Assembly: GCF_963921235.1 (NCBI RefSeq)
Contig: NC_086108.1
Span: 15,190,001 to 15,254,000, forward strand
Length of the DNA stretch: 64,000 nt
DNA from: Mobula hypostoma
Lineage: Eukaryota
Reading direction: 5' to 3'
Made by a program: the position numbers and the translations under genes
Notes under the pieces: model-generated
What the model was told of the DNA's origin: nothing
Databases searched by the model: none
The model's input: only the letters and a program-made list of their open reading frames with translations
In this document: piece by piece, positions 1-11,988 of the stretch
How positions within the stretch are numbered: position 1 is the stretch's first letter
Layout: every line of letters begins with the position of its first letter

Positions 1-1879
1 CCCGCTTGCAGTTCCCCATCCTCCATCTTGTCACAATGACTTCTGTGAAGTTGCTTTCTTTGGAAGATCTGCAAACTGCTGACTGGGACACCATCCACGC
101 TGCTGCCTCCATGCACAGGTACCTGGGCTTTCTGGGGCATTATGGTGGCAGGGGTTGGGGTTGGGAAGTAGTGGAAACAAGTGGTCAGGTGACCCTCAGA
201 GTGATGCTGATGTCCAGATTACAGAGTGGAGTCCAACCTTTCCATTGAGGATAGGCTAAGTGAGGCGGTGAACTTTATTCATTATTCTGGTACAGCTGAG
301 TGGTGGTGTTATCTGGGAGAGGAGAGGAAGTGAGGTATCACCTACCCAGGTTTACAGTGAAACCACATCGGGGCCCAGGTGCCCACAGCTTGGTCCTCAC
401 ATCAAGGCTGATCACAGCAGTCTGTGGTCAGGCCCAGGATTTTCCAAAACACCATTATCTTCAGCCTTCTCCCTGTCCAGCTTATTTTATTCTCCAGGTT
501 CCAGCCGTGACTCAGTAGCAGTCAGTCGTCAGTCCTATTCACCCCACACCCACCACTCTTGTTTCTGGAGAGCTGTGCCCCTCTCACTTTCCCAAGCCCA
601 GGTTTACAATCTGCCATATTGCCAGGACAAAGTACTCCTCCGTCTTCCTCATCTATGGGAGTGAATGGGACAAGGTGCCCAACATCTCACCCATATCCTT
701 CCTGCCTTGCCCTCTTGCCTTTGATCTTACCCGTAATCATTTTGTATCCCGCTGATAATCAGTGAGGGATCAAGAGTGAGCACCCACAAGTTGGAGTCTG
801 AGTTGGGTATATTGGAATTAGTCCTCTTGGCTGGTGAAACTCAAGACTGGGAGGGTTTGGTTTGGAGAGCATTGGCTTTAACTGTATCCTACACTTCAAC
901 ATGAAGTATGTTTTATTTAACCCTGCCAATACAGGAAAGCCATCAGCTGGGCATGTTTATGAAAAAGCATGAGTTAGCAACCTCATGCCACCTAGTGTTT
1001 GCGTCGTTGCTAGCCATTTATTGCTAGCTCCTGGGGTGGAAACAGTTTCATTCTTCAGACAGAGCAGTGATAATGTGTGAGATGTATGCCATCAGATTAG
1101 ACTTGTTTGGTGTGGAGAGAACATTACCACCACCAGCACCAGACCATAGGGCAGATTACTGGCAAAACGTCAGGGATCATACCAAGCCATTCATTTATAC
1201 CGGTACATCAGACAGATCAGTACGCAGACTGTCTTGCTTCCAGTCTCTCCATCAAATTCTCTCCTGCAACTTTTCCCCAGCTCTCATTACCCCCCTCTCT
1301 CTCTAAAACATTCAGCCTCCCATACACCATCAATTCATCCTCCCTTCCTCTGCCTTCTCTCCACTCTGTCCCACCCTCTCCTAACACCTAACCTGATCTC
1401 TCTGCCCATTCCCCCCTTGCTTCACCCCTCACCCTTCGCTCCAAACCCTTTCACCCTCACAACAGCTCCTTCCCACTTGCTCCAGCTCTTCACCGCTCAT
1501 GCTCCCCTGCCTGCAGGTTCTAGTGAGGGTCAGAGTGTATGGGAGAGGTTGCGCTCCACTTTGTACCCCGTGTGCTGCAGACAGTGGGCAATGATGTTCC
1601 TGGGGTGAGTTGGACTAATGCCCTGCCTGTAAACCCTGGCCGTTTCACCCACCTGTAGCACATGCTGGGGGCAGCCGCTGTGTCTACCCTGTACTTTGCT
1701 CTGAGCTCCTGCTCTCTGTTCAGAGGCCTACCATTATTTGGTGCTGCCAGAGGTCCTGTGGAGAGAGTGCACGATGGGTGCCCTGAGCATGTAACATTGT
1801 TAGAAGAAGAGCCCCAGAAACCACCTGATGTCGATCCTCGTGCAGAGAGTATTGCCTTCTCACACATCAGCTTGTTTAG

Positions 1880-2225
1880 TTTTCTTAAATTAAGGTAAAA
1901 AAAAATAAATTTCCTGAAAATTTTGTTTGATATACTCCAGTATGGAATGTTTTAGAATATCTTTCTCCAATGTGGAATGTAGCTTTTTTCCTTTGTAATG
2001 AATTCACTGTGTGAACATTGTTTTTTGCCTTTGTATAGTACAATAATATTCTGCTTCAGTACTGGGGAAAGGGAATCAGTAAAGAAACTGTACATGAGAT
2101 TGTTCTGCTTGTCAGAAAGCAAATGCAGTTCATCAAACAATAGAAGTTCACAAGGACTTCAATAAATTGTTTAAAAAGAAAACAAAATTTTGAATTGCAA
2201 TCTGTGTCCTTGGTGTTATTTATTG
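1880..2225 (+). terminator. 3' UTR end / polyadenylation region of an upstream + strand gene (by synteny possibly RC3H1/Roquin-1)
   Basis: Non-repeat AT-rich tract with UGUA motifs, AATAAA at 2161-2166 and a downstream GU/U-rich tract (tgtgtccttggtgttattt, ~2203-2221). Gene identity rests only on mammalian synteny. Confidence 0.4.
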
Positions 2226-2279
2226 ATACTTCTCTTTTGTTCACCACTTCTGTGCTGCTCGCTCCCTCTTCCCACACTA

Positions 2280-2700
2280 TAGTAGGTCACCCTGCTATAG
2301 GAAAGAGCACATAGGAGATCTACAAGAATGTTTCTGGCACTCAAGGGACTAAGTTTTGGAGAGAGGTTGAGAATGTTGGGATGTTTTTCATTAGAGTGTG
2401 GGAGACCATATAAAATTGTGAGGAGCGTAAACAGGGTGAACGTGCATTCTTTTTCCCTGAGTTGGGGAATCATGAACTATAGATTTAATGTGAGAGGAGA
2501 GAGATTTATTAAGAACTTGAAGGGCAGCTTTTTCAATGACAGTGGTCCAGTATATGGAATGACCTGCCAGATGAAGTGGTTGAGGTGGATACAATTACAA
2601 TCTTTAAAAAAACATTTGATAAGTACATGACTTGGAAAGGTTTAAAGGCATATGGACCAAACATAGACAAAAGGAGCTAGCTTAGTTGGGCACCTTGGTT
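2280..2700 (+). mobile_element. CR1 LINE 3' fragment, decayed
   Basis: ORF 2328-2630 resembles the CR1 ORF2 C-terminus (ERLRMLGCFSLE...FNVRGERF). Confidence 0.7.
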
Positions 2701-3019
2701 GCCAAGGAGCTTCCAATCAACCTCTAGGCTTTGATTTTCAGTATCGACCCCACCAAGACTCACTGATAAAAGGACCCCAAACTCCACAGGATCTTGAACT
2801 CTAGACTTGCCAATTTGCATACCTAGAGGATCATCGGCCCTCATGTCTCTTGCCTGCATTGATCTTTGATCATGGGGGACATGGGCATTAGCTCACTGGT
2901 CTTTGTCCACTGTGCTTGCTGGCCCAGAATCTATCTACAGATGTCCTGCAGAACAGAAACCTAGACTCTGGCCTGATCTCTAACACACCACATCAATGCC
3001 CTAAACCCTGATGTGACTC

Positions 3020-3790
3020 CTACAATTCAATGTTGGAAAGTGAATGGTGATGCACTTTGGTAGTAGAAATAAGCATGCAGACCATTTTTGAAACATAACT
3101 ATCAAAAATCTGAGATGCAAAGAGGACCTGGACTGGTCCTTGTGCAGGACACCATAAAAGTTAACTTGCAGTTTGAGTCAGTAGTGAGGAAGGCAAATGC
3201 AATGTTAGCATTCATTTCAAGAGATCTAGAATATAAGAGCAGGGATCTGATGCTGAGGGTTTATAAGGCACAAGTGAGGCCTCACCTTGAGTGTTGTGAA
3301 CGGTTTTGGGCTCTTCATCTAAGGGCGGATGTGCTGACATTGGAGAGGATGATTCTGGGAATGAAGTGGTAATACTGTACAAGGAACAGTTTATAGCTCT
3401 GGGTCTGTACTCACTGGAATTTAAAGGATGGGGGGGGTCTCACTGAAATCTTTCGAATGTTGAAAGGCCAACTCAGAGTAGATGGGGAAGTCTAGGACAA
3501 GAGGACAGCCTCAGGATAGAGGAGCATCCATTTAAAACAGATGCAGAATACTTTTTTGAGCCAGGGAGTGGTGAATTTGTGGGATTTGTTAACCACAAGC
3601 AGCTGAGGAGGCTAGGTCATTGGGTGTATTTAAGGCAGAGCTTAATAGTTTCTTAACTAGACATGGCATCAAAGGTTACGGGAAGAAGGCCAGGAAATGG
3701 GCTGAGGAGGGGAAAAAGAATCGGTCATGACTGGCGAAGCAGACTCAATGGGCCAAGTGGCCTAATTCTGCTCCTATGTCTTATGGTCTA
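3020..3790 (+). mobile_element. CR1 LINE 3' fragment
   Basis: KANAMLAFISRDLEYKS...VRPHLE motif and a typical tail (ggcctaattctgctcctatgtcttatggtc). Confidence 0.8.
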
Positions 3791-4008
3791 ACTTCCCTCT
3801 CTGTCCCCAAAGTTGTTGGAGTGGACTGCTTGATGCTTTAGCTCAAGAGGCTTCTGTGATGACGGGCAGAGGCTAAGGAAAGTTTCTGATAAGATTCTTC
3901 CTTTGTCAATTAGTGCCTAAGCTAGTGTAGTGAGAATAGGTCAGGGTCAGTGGTGTGTTCATGTCAGATGTGGGAATTCCAGGAGACCTTCAGTCTTCCA
4001 GATAGCTA

Positions 4009-5341
4009 CAGTTGCAAGAAAAAGTTTGTGAACCCTTCGCAACTACCTGGTTTTCTGCATTAATTACTCATAAAATGTGGTCTGATCTTCATCTACGTCA
4101 TAATAATAGACAAACACAATCAGTCTAAAGTATGTGAACCTCTGGGTTAATGCGTTCTATAAAAACTAGAGTCAGGTGTTCCAATCGATGAGATGAGATT
4201 GGAGGTGTGGGTTGTAGGAGAGGGCATCATGAAATATCACACTAAGAGCACAACATGCAATACTGAACGAGGTGAAAAAGAACCCAAGGGTAAGAGCAAA
4301 AGACCTGCAGAAGTCTCTAGAACTTGCTGAAGTCTCTATTCATGTGTCCACTATAAAAAAAACACTGAACAAAAATGGCATTAATTGGAGAACACCACGA
4401 GGGAAACTATTGCTCTCCAAAACTACTTTTTGGCAGAAATGCACACGGTTATGTTTGGAGGAAAAAGTGCACTACACACAAACACCAAGACCTCATCCCA
4501 GCTTTGAAGCATGGAAAAAGGAGCATCATGGTTTGGGGCTACTTTGCTGTCTCAGGGCCTGGGCAGCTTGTAATCATTGAATCCTGAATTCAAAATTTTT
4601 TTCAAGACATTTTACAGAGGAATGTCAGAATAGCAGTCCATCACCTGAAGCTTAATAGAAGTTGAATAATGCAACAAGACAATGATCTGAAACACAAGAG
4701 TAAATAAACAACAGAATGGTTTATAAAAGAGAAAATTTTTGTTTTGGAATGGCTAAGTCAGAGTCCAGACTTTAACCCAATTGAGATGCTGTGGCATGAC
4801 CTGAAGAGGGCTGTTCATGTAAGGTATCCTGGAAATTGATGAACTGAAGCAGTTCTGTATGTAGGAATGGTCTAAAATTCCTCCTCACCATTATGCAAAT
4901 CTGATCAGCAGCCACAGGAAACATTTAGTGGAGGTTATTGCTGGTCATGGAGGTTCTACCAGTTATTGAATACAAGGGTTTACATACTTTTTCCAGCCTG
5001 GACTGTGAATGATTAAATGATGTGTTCAATAAATACATGAAAAGTATTTCCTCGCAAACACGAGGAAATCTGCAGATGCTGGAATTTCAAGCAACACACA
5101 TAAAAGTTGCTGGTGAATGCAGCAGGCCAGGCAGCATCTATAGGAAGAGGTGGCCTGCTGCATTCACCAGCAACTTCCATGTGTGTTGCTTGAAAAGTAT
5201 GATTGTTAGTGTGTTACTAGTTCAGACAGATTCTGTTTGTCTATTATTGTGACTTAGGTAAAGATCAGGCCACATTTTATGAGTAATCAATACAGAAAAC
5301 CAGGTAATTGCAAAGGGTTCACGAGCTTTTTCTTGCAAATG
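4009..5341 (+). mobile_element. Tc1/mariner DNA transposon, internally deleted and decayed
   Basis: TA followed by CAGTTGCAAGAAAAAG... at the left end; long imperfect TIR (>100 bp) ending ...TTTTTCTTGCAAATG at 5341. Transposase fragments include KHGKRSIMVWGYF and caagacaatgat (QDND), plus agtccagactttaacccaattgag (SPDFNPIE). Confidence 0.9.
5048..5195. repeat. Palindromic Penelope-terminus-derived insertion inside the Tc1
   Basis: ~45-bp inverted arms at 5085-5129 and 5151-5195; direct repeat TGAAAAGTAT at 5038-5047 and 5191-5200. Confidence 0.75.
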
Positions 5342-6119
5342 AGCATCCAGCTGCACCTCTTGACAGAATATGCTCTAAATTGTAGGAAACAAATAATCTG
5401 GGTGATTTAGGAGCGGGAAAGGGAAAAGACAGACAGAGTGCTGAGTACCCCGGCAGCCATTCCCCTCAATAACAGGTATACCACTTTGGATACTGTTGAG
5501 GTGGGTCAGCCTACCAGGGTAGAGCCACAGCAACCAAGTCTCCATCTAAGCCTTGTAAAAAAAAAAGTCCATAGGACAAAGGAGCAAAATTAGGAAATTC
5601 TGCCTATTGACTCTGCTCCCTATTCCAATGTGGCTGATTTATTATCCGTCTCAATCTCATTTTTCTGCCTTCTTCTGGTAACCTTTGATGCCCTGACTGA
5701 TCAAGAACATATTAACCTTCACTTTAAATATACCCAATGACTTCCCCTCCAAGCCAAAGGGAATATAGCAAGTTAGAGAGAACGCTGAAAAGCGGGAACT
5801 CCATGGCAGTAATTCTGAATTGCTGCCTGTGCTGTCTGCTAGTGAGGGTAAGACTGAGATAATTTGGCAAATGAATGTGTGGCTAAGGAATTGGTGCAGG
5901 GAGCAGGGTTTCAGAATTCTGGATTACTGGGATCTCTCTTAGGGAAGGTATGACCTGTATATAAAGGACTGTTTCCACCTGAACCCAAGGGGGACCAATA
6001 TCCTTGTAGGCAGGTTTGCTAGAGCTGTTGGGGAGGGTTTAAACTAATTGGGCAGGGGGATGGGAACTGGAATGAAAGGGCTGAGGGTGGGGCAATTGGT
6101 ATACAACTAGATGTATCGA

Positions 6120-7290
6120 TAGATGTTGTATAGTTGGATTTTCAGAAGGCTAATGACAAGATGCCACAACACGAGGCTGCTTAGCAAGTCAAGAGCCCAT
6201 GGCATTACAGAAAAGATTCTCACGTGGATAAAGCAGTGGCTGATTGGAAGGAAACAAAGAGTTAGAATAAAGGGAGGCTTTCCTGGTTGGTTGCTGATGA
6301 CGAGTGGTGTTCCAGGGGTCTGTTTTGGGACTGGTTCTTTTTACATTATATGTCAATGATTTGGATGAGGGAATTGAAGACCTCGTTGCAAAGTTTGCAG
6401 ATGATATGAGGTGGAGGGGCAGGTAGTTTTGAGGAAGTATAGGGCTACAAAAGGACTTAGATTAGGAAAATGGGCAAGGAAGTGAATGATGGAATAAAAT
6501 GTTGGAAAGTGTATGGTCATGCACTTTGATAGAAGAAATGAAAGAGTTGATTATTTTCTAAATGGAGAGAAACTTCAGAAATCTGAGGTGCAAAGAGTCT
6601 TGGGAGACCTACAGGATTCTCTGAAGGTTAGTTTGCAGGTTGAGTTGGTGGTGAGGAAGGCAAATGCAATGTTAGCAATCATTTCAAAAGGACTAGAATA
6701 CAAAAGCGAGGATGTAAAGATCAAGCTTTATAAAGCACTGGTGAGGCCTCACTTGGAGTATGGTGAACAGTTTTAGACCGCTTAAAGGATGTGCTGATAT
6801 CAGAGAGGGTTCAAAGGAGGTTCATGAAAATGATTCTGGGATTGAAAGGCTTGTCATAGGAGGAGCATTTGATGGCCCTGGGCCTATACTCACTGGAATT
6901 CAGAAGAATGAGGGGTGAACTCATTTCTATTGAATGTTGAAAGGCCTCAATAGAGTGGAAGTGGAGCGGGTGTTTCTATGGTAGGGGAGACTAAGACCAG
7001 AGGACACAGCCTCAGAGTAGAGGGATGACCTATTGGAACAGAGATGAGGAGGAAATTCTTTAGCCAGAGAGTGATGAATCTGTGGAAATCTTTGTCACAG
7101 GTGGCTGTGGAGGCCAAGTCATTGGGTATATTTAAGGCCGAGGTTGATAGATTTTTGACTGGTCAGGGCATGAAGGGATACGGGGAGAAGGCAGGAGATT
7201 GGGCCTGAGAGGGAAAATGGATCAGCCATGATGAAACGTTAGAGCCAGACTCAATGGACCAAATGGCCTAATTCTGCTCCGATATCTTAT
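6120..7290 (+). mobile_element. CR1 LINE ORF2 RT/3' fragment
   Basis: Frameshifted RT (aagtttgcagatgat = KFADD), VRKANAMLA..LEYK..LVRPHLEY, and a typical tail. Confidence 0.85.
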
Positions 7291-7299
7291 TGCAATGTG

Positions 7300-9258
7300 T
7301 TGTGAGACTGTGAGGAAGGACAGGCAGGTGATAGGGCACAATTGCAGTCAGTGAGATGAGTTGAAGTGTAACAAGGGGCAAAATCAAAAAGGGTGACAAG
7401 TACAAGTCTGAAGGTGCTATATTTGAACACACACAGGAATAAGATAGATGAACTTGTAGCACAGTTACAGACTGGCCGAAACGAATGTTGTGAGCATCAC
7501 TGAGCCGTGGCTGAATGAAGATCATAGCTGGGACCGTAACATCCAAGGATATACATTGTGTTGAAAGGACAGGCAGGTAGGCAAAGGGGGCGGGGTGGCT
7601 ATGTTGGCAAAAAATTCAATCAAATCCTTATGAAACCTCCTGGGTTCCTTGGCTGTTTAAGTCTAGGGAAAACACTCTCCAGTCCCGCCAAACTCATGAG
7701 ATTGGGACAGCTCTCCTATCCCAAACACCGGTGTGTGTGGATGCTGTGTAATTTGCTACCATGTTTCAAATTAGTGTCGTGAAGTAACAGACAGTACACT
7801 CATATATTTAAAGGAATTATATTTATCAATCTTAACTAAAGGGCTAGTAAAGAAAAACAAACAGAAAAGCATCCATTTTAAATAAACAGCCAAATGTGCA
7901 CAAATTGAAGCTCATCTTGAACTGCTCTGGTACTCACACACTGGGGTCTCTGTCTGCGTGAGAGCACATACCACCTTCCGAACGTTGCTTGCAATCCATC
8001 TCGAACAAACGAGTCTCCCATCGGGTCGTATCCTATGACTGGTTCTTCCCAGCATCTTCTGCCAAACCAAAACCCCGAGACCAACCTTAGTGCCCCTCAC
8101 CCAAAAAACCTCCCCTCAGTTCCACCAACCTAATTGGATGGCACACATTCCTCATCATTCCTTATCTTCAACAATAACCCGAACAGTCTGAAAGCAGAAC
8201 AGACTGCTCTTACAGAGCTGCTAAATGAAATACCTACAGCATAACAGTAAAGATGTGAACCAGGGCATTACATTTAGGAAAAGATGACATAGGATCGGAA
8301 CATATAGATTCCTTGGGTTAAAAGATTCTGATGGGAATTATATACAGGCTCCCAAACAGTAGCCAGGATGTGGAGAACAAACTACAATGGGGGATACAAA
8401 ATACATGTTGAAATGGCATTTGTAGAATGCCTATGAGATGGCTTTTTAGGGAAGCTTGCAGATGAGCAGACTAGGGCAAAGGCAATTCTGGATTGGCTGT
8501 TGAGTAATGAACCAAATTGCATTAGGGACCCTTAGTGACCATAATATGATAGAAGTCCCCCTGCAGTTTGAGAGGGAAAAGATGAAGTCAGATGTACCAG
8601 TATTACAGTACAGTGAAGGGAATTACAGAAGCATGAGAGAGGAGCTGGCCAAAGTTGATTGGAAGGGACCATCAGCAGAGATGATGGCACAGCACCAATG
8701 GCTTTAGTTTCTGGAAGCAATTCGGAAGAAGCAGGATAGATAAATCCCAAAGATGAAAAAGTGTTTTAAAAGGAGGATGACACATCTATGGCTGACAAGG
8801 GAAGTCAAAGTCAACAATAAAAGCAAAAGAGACGGCATATAATAGAATAAAATTAGTAGGAAGTTGGAGGGTTGGGAAGCTTTTAAACAGCAATCGAAAG
8901 AAACCAAAAAAAAAAATCCAAGAGGTAAGCTAGCCAATAATATTAAAGAGGATACCAAATTTTTTTGGGATATTTCATGAGTAAAAGAAAGACTGACTAG
9001 ATATTGGACCACTGGGAAATGACGCTGGAGCGGTAGTAACGGGGGACAAGGAAATAACCGATGAACTGAGTGAGTATTTTGCATCAGTCTTCTCTGTTGA
9101 AGGCAATAGCAGAATGCCAGAAATTTGAGAGTGTCAGGGCAAAAGTGAGTGTAGTTGCTATTACTGAAGAGAAGGTGCTTGGGAAGCTGAAAGGTCTGAA
9201 GGTAGATCAGTCACCTAGACCAGAAGGACTGCACCCCAGGGCACAGTCTCAGAATAAC
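7300..9258 (+). mobile_element. CR1 LINE ORF2 endonuclease/tether remnant, split by a solo LTR
   Basis: SDHN endonuclease motif (8507 ORF) and LKGLKVDQSPRPEGLHPR tether motif. Confidence 0.7.
7631..8272 (-). mobile_element. Probable solo LTR (Gypsy-type)
   Basis: 642-bp non-coding insertion with TG...CA termini (TGTAATGCCC...GGTTTCA on the minus strand), flanked by ctta/ttta. The host CR1 sequence resumes on both sides. Confidence 0.6.
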
Positions 9259-10984
9259 CATATAGCCATATAACAATTACAGCACAGAAACAGGCCATCT
9301 CGGCCCTTCTAGTCCATGCTGAACTCTTACTCTCACCTAGTCCCACCGACCTGCACTCAGCCCATAATCCTCCATTCCTTTCCTGCCCATATAGCTGTCC
9401 AATTTAACCTTAAGCGACAACATCGAACCTGCCTCTACCACTTCTGCTGGAAGCTTGTTCCACACAGCTACCACTCTCTGAGTAAAGAAGTTCCCCCTCA
9501 TGTTACCCCTAAACTTTTGCCCTTTAACTCTCAACTCATGTCCTCTTGTTTGAATCTCCCCCATTCTCAATGGAAAAAGCCCATCCACGTCAACTCTATC
9601 AATCCCCCTCATAATTTTAAACACCTCTATCAAGTCCCCCCTCAATCGTCTACGCTCCAAAGAATAAAGACCTAACTTGTTCAACCTTTCTCTGTAACTT
9701 AGGAGATGAAACTCAGGCAACATTTTAGTAAATCTCCTCTGTACTCCCTCAATTTTATTGACATCTTTCCTATAATTCAGTGACCAGAACGGTACACAGT
9801 ACTCCAAATTTGGCCTTACTAATGCCTTATGCAATTTCAACATTACATCCAAACTCCTATACTCAATGCTCTGATTAATAAAGGCCAGCATACCAAAAGC
9901 TTTTTTCACCACCCTACCCACATGAGATTCCACGTTCAGGGAACTATGCACCATTATTCCTAGATCCCTCTGTTCTACAGCATTCTTCAATGCCCTACCA
10001 TTTACCATGTATGTCCTATTTTGATTAGTCCTACCAAAATGTAGCACCTCACATTTTTCAGCATTAAACTCCATCTGCCATCTTTCAGCCCACTCTTCTA
10101 ACTGGCCTAAATCTCTCTGCAAGCTTTTAAAACCTACTTTATCATCCACAACGCCACCTATCTTAGTATCATCTGCATACTTAGTTATCCAATTTACCAC
10201 CCCATCATCTAGATCATTAATATATATGACAAACAACACTGGACCCAGTACAGATCCCTGAGGCACATGGCTACACACCCTCCTCCAATCTGGCACACAG
10301 TTATCCACCACTACTCTCTGGCATCTCCCATCCAGTCACTGCTGAATCCATTTTACTACTTTGTTATTAATGCCTAACGATTGAACCTTCCTAACTAACC
10401 TTCCATGTGGAACCTTGTCAAAGGCCTTAGTGAAGTCCATATAGACAACATCCACAGCTTTACCCTCGTCAACTTTCCTAGTAACCTCATCAAAAAATTT
10501 AATAAGATTTGTCAAAGATGACCTTCAACGCACAAATCCATGTTGACTGTTCCTAATCAGACCCTGTCTATCCAGGTAATTATATATACCATCTCAAAGA
10601 ATACTTCCCATCAATTTACCCACCACTGACGTCAAACTCACAGGCTGATAATTGCTAGGTTTACTCTTAGAACCCTTTTTAAACAATGGAACCACATGAG
10701 CAATACGCCAATCCTCCGGCACCATCCCCGTTTCTAATGACATTTGAAATATTTCTGTCAGAGCCCCTAGGGAATATCTTGTCCGGACCCGGAGACTTAT
10801 CCACTTTTATATTCCTTAAAAGCACCAGTACTTCCTCTTCGTTAATCATCATACTTTCCATAACTACCCTTCTTGTTTCCTTTACCTCACACAATTCAAT
10901 ATCCTTCTCCTTGGTGAATACTGAAGAAAAGAAAATGTTCAAAATCTCCCCCATCTCTTTTGGCTCTGCACATAGCCGTCCACT
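9259..10984 (-). mobile_element. Relatively young 5'-truncated CR1 LINE
   Basis: Uninterrupted 324-aa ORF 9337-10311 with VPQGSVLGP and YADD RT motifs. The host CR1 tail (gggcacagtctcagaata|gagggc) is split by the insertion. Confidence 0.92.
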
Positions 10985-11759
10985 AGAGGGCTTTCCATTT
11001 AGAGCAGAGATTAAGAGAAACTTCTTTAACCAGAGGGTGGTGAAGCTGTAGAATTTGTTGCCACGGATTGCTATGGAAGACAAGTCACTGAGTGTATTGA
11101 TTAGTCAGAGCTTTAAAGGTTACAGGAAGAAGGTAGGAGAATGGATTGAGAGGGATAATAAATCAGCCAGGATGGAATTGCAGACCAGACTCAATGAGCT
11201 GAATGGCCTAATTCTGCTCCTATGTCTGATTGTCTTACAATCCTAACGTTCCTGGTCCATCTACAATGCAACACTTTGTTCAAAGAATTAATTTTGCAAA
11301 GTCCTGAAATGCTCAAACATATCAAATTCTAGAAATTAAAAATAATTATTTTCCTTTCTGCCCCTCTCTTCTCACTCTTTCTTTCCCTCTCTAGTTCCCT
11401 TCCTGCACCTGAATTGACCAATCATATGTTTGACTCACCTCTTGGGGGAGTTGGCAGGAGTGGGGGCGTAGGGCAGAGCAAGTGAATACTGAGGGTCTTG
11501 GCCCAGATGATGGAGCATAGAGCCGCTTGTTGTGCATCCAACATCACAAGAGATGTGTTGGCACTGTCACCAGACAGGGCAGAGTGAATCTTCCTTAAAA
11601 CGGCTCACACAACAATGCAGCCCTCCCTCCCTCTCTCACTCGTACACTGGTGGAATGAAAGCCATAGATTTTTGACTTGGGGGTGCTGGTGTGGCTACTC
11701 ACGGGGCTTACCAAAGTCCTTCCGTGGCCCCCCCTTCTGCCTCAGGGTGGAAGAGTTCA

Positions 11760-11900
11760 CAGGAGCAGGACTTAAGGGTTAACCACAGGTCAAAACGTGT
11801 TTGTTGTGGAGCTTCAATCAGTCTGTCGTTTGCTTTTGCTGTTTGCACAGTTTCGTTAATCTCCAGTGACCTCCCACTTCATACTCACAACCACTGACCC
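11760..11900 (+). promoter_or_regulatory. Putative liver-type SERPINC1 promoter
   Basis: Unique sequence with DR5-like GGGTTA-n5-AGGTCA (11776-11792), FoxA-like TGTTTGT/TGTTTGC (11798, 11840), HNF1-like GTTAAT (11855) and TGACCT (11867), just upstream of a good splice donor. Confidence 0.5.
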
Positions 11901-11988
11901 ATCTGACTGGGCTGTCTCCACAGTTACTCTGATTCAGGAACTTTTCACCCTTTCATTTCAAACACCACGCCAGGAGTGAAATTCACAG
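11900..11988 (+). other. SERPINC1: Putative non-coding exon 1 of SERPINC1 (start approximate)
   Basis: Donor CAG|GTACGT at 11988/11989 with no ATG in the segment. The next exon has an acceptor 1 nt before its ATG, so an upstream exon is required. Confidence 0.5.

Larger units (their letters stand above)
3920..6080 (+). mobile_element. CR1 ORF1 (zinc finger/esterase) remnant interrupted by a Tc1 element
   Basis: CR1 ORF1-like sequence on both sides of the Tc1 (tgtcagatgtgggaa...; gagcagggtttcagaattctggattactggga...cacctgaacccaagggggaccaatatcc). Confidence 0.55.

Noticed and set aside
1030..1610. Possible terminal coding exons of RC3H1 after acceptors at ~1058 and ~1517
   Set aside because: No frame gave a peptide I could recognise as Roquin.
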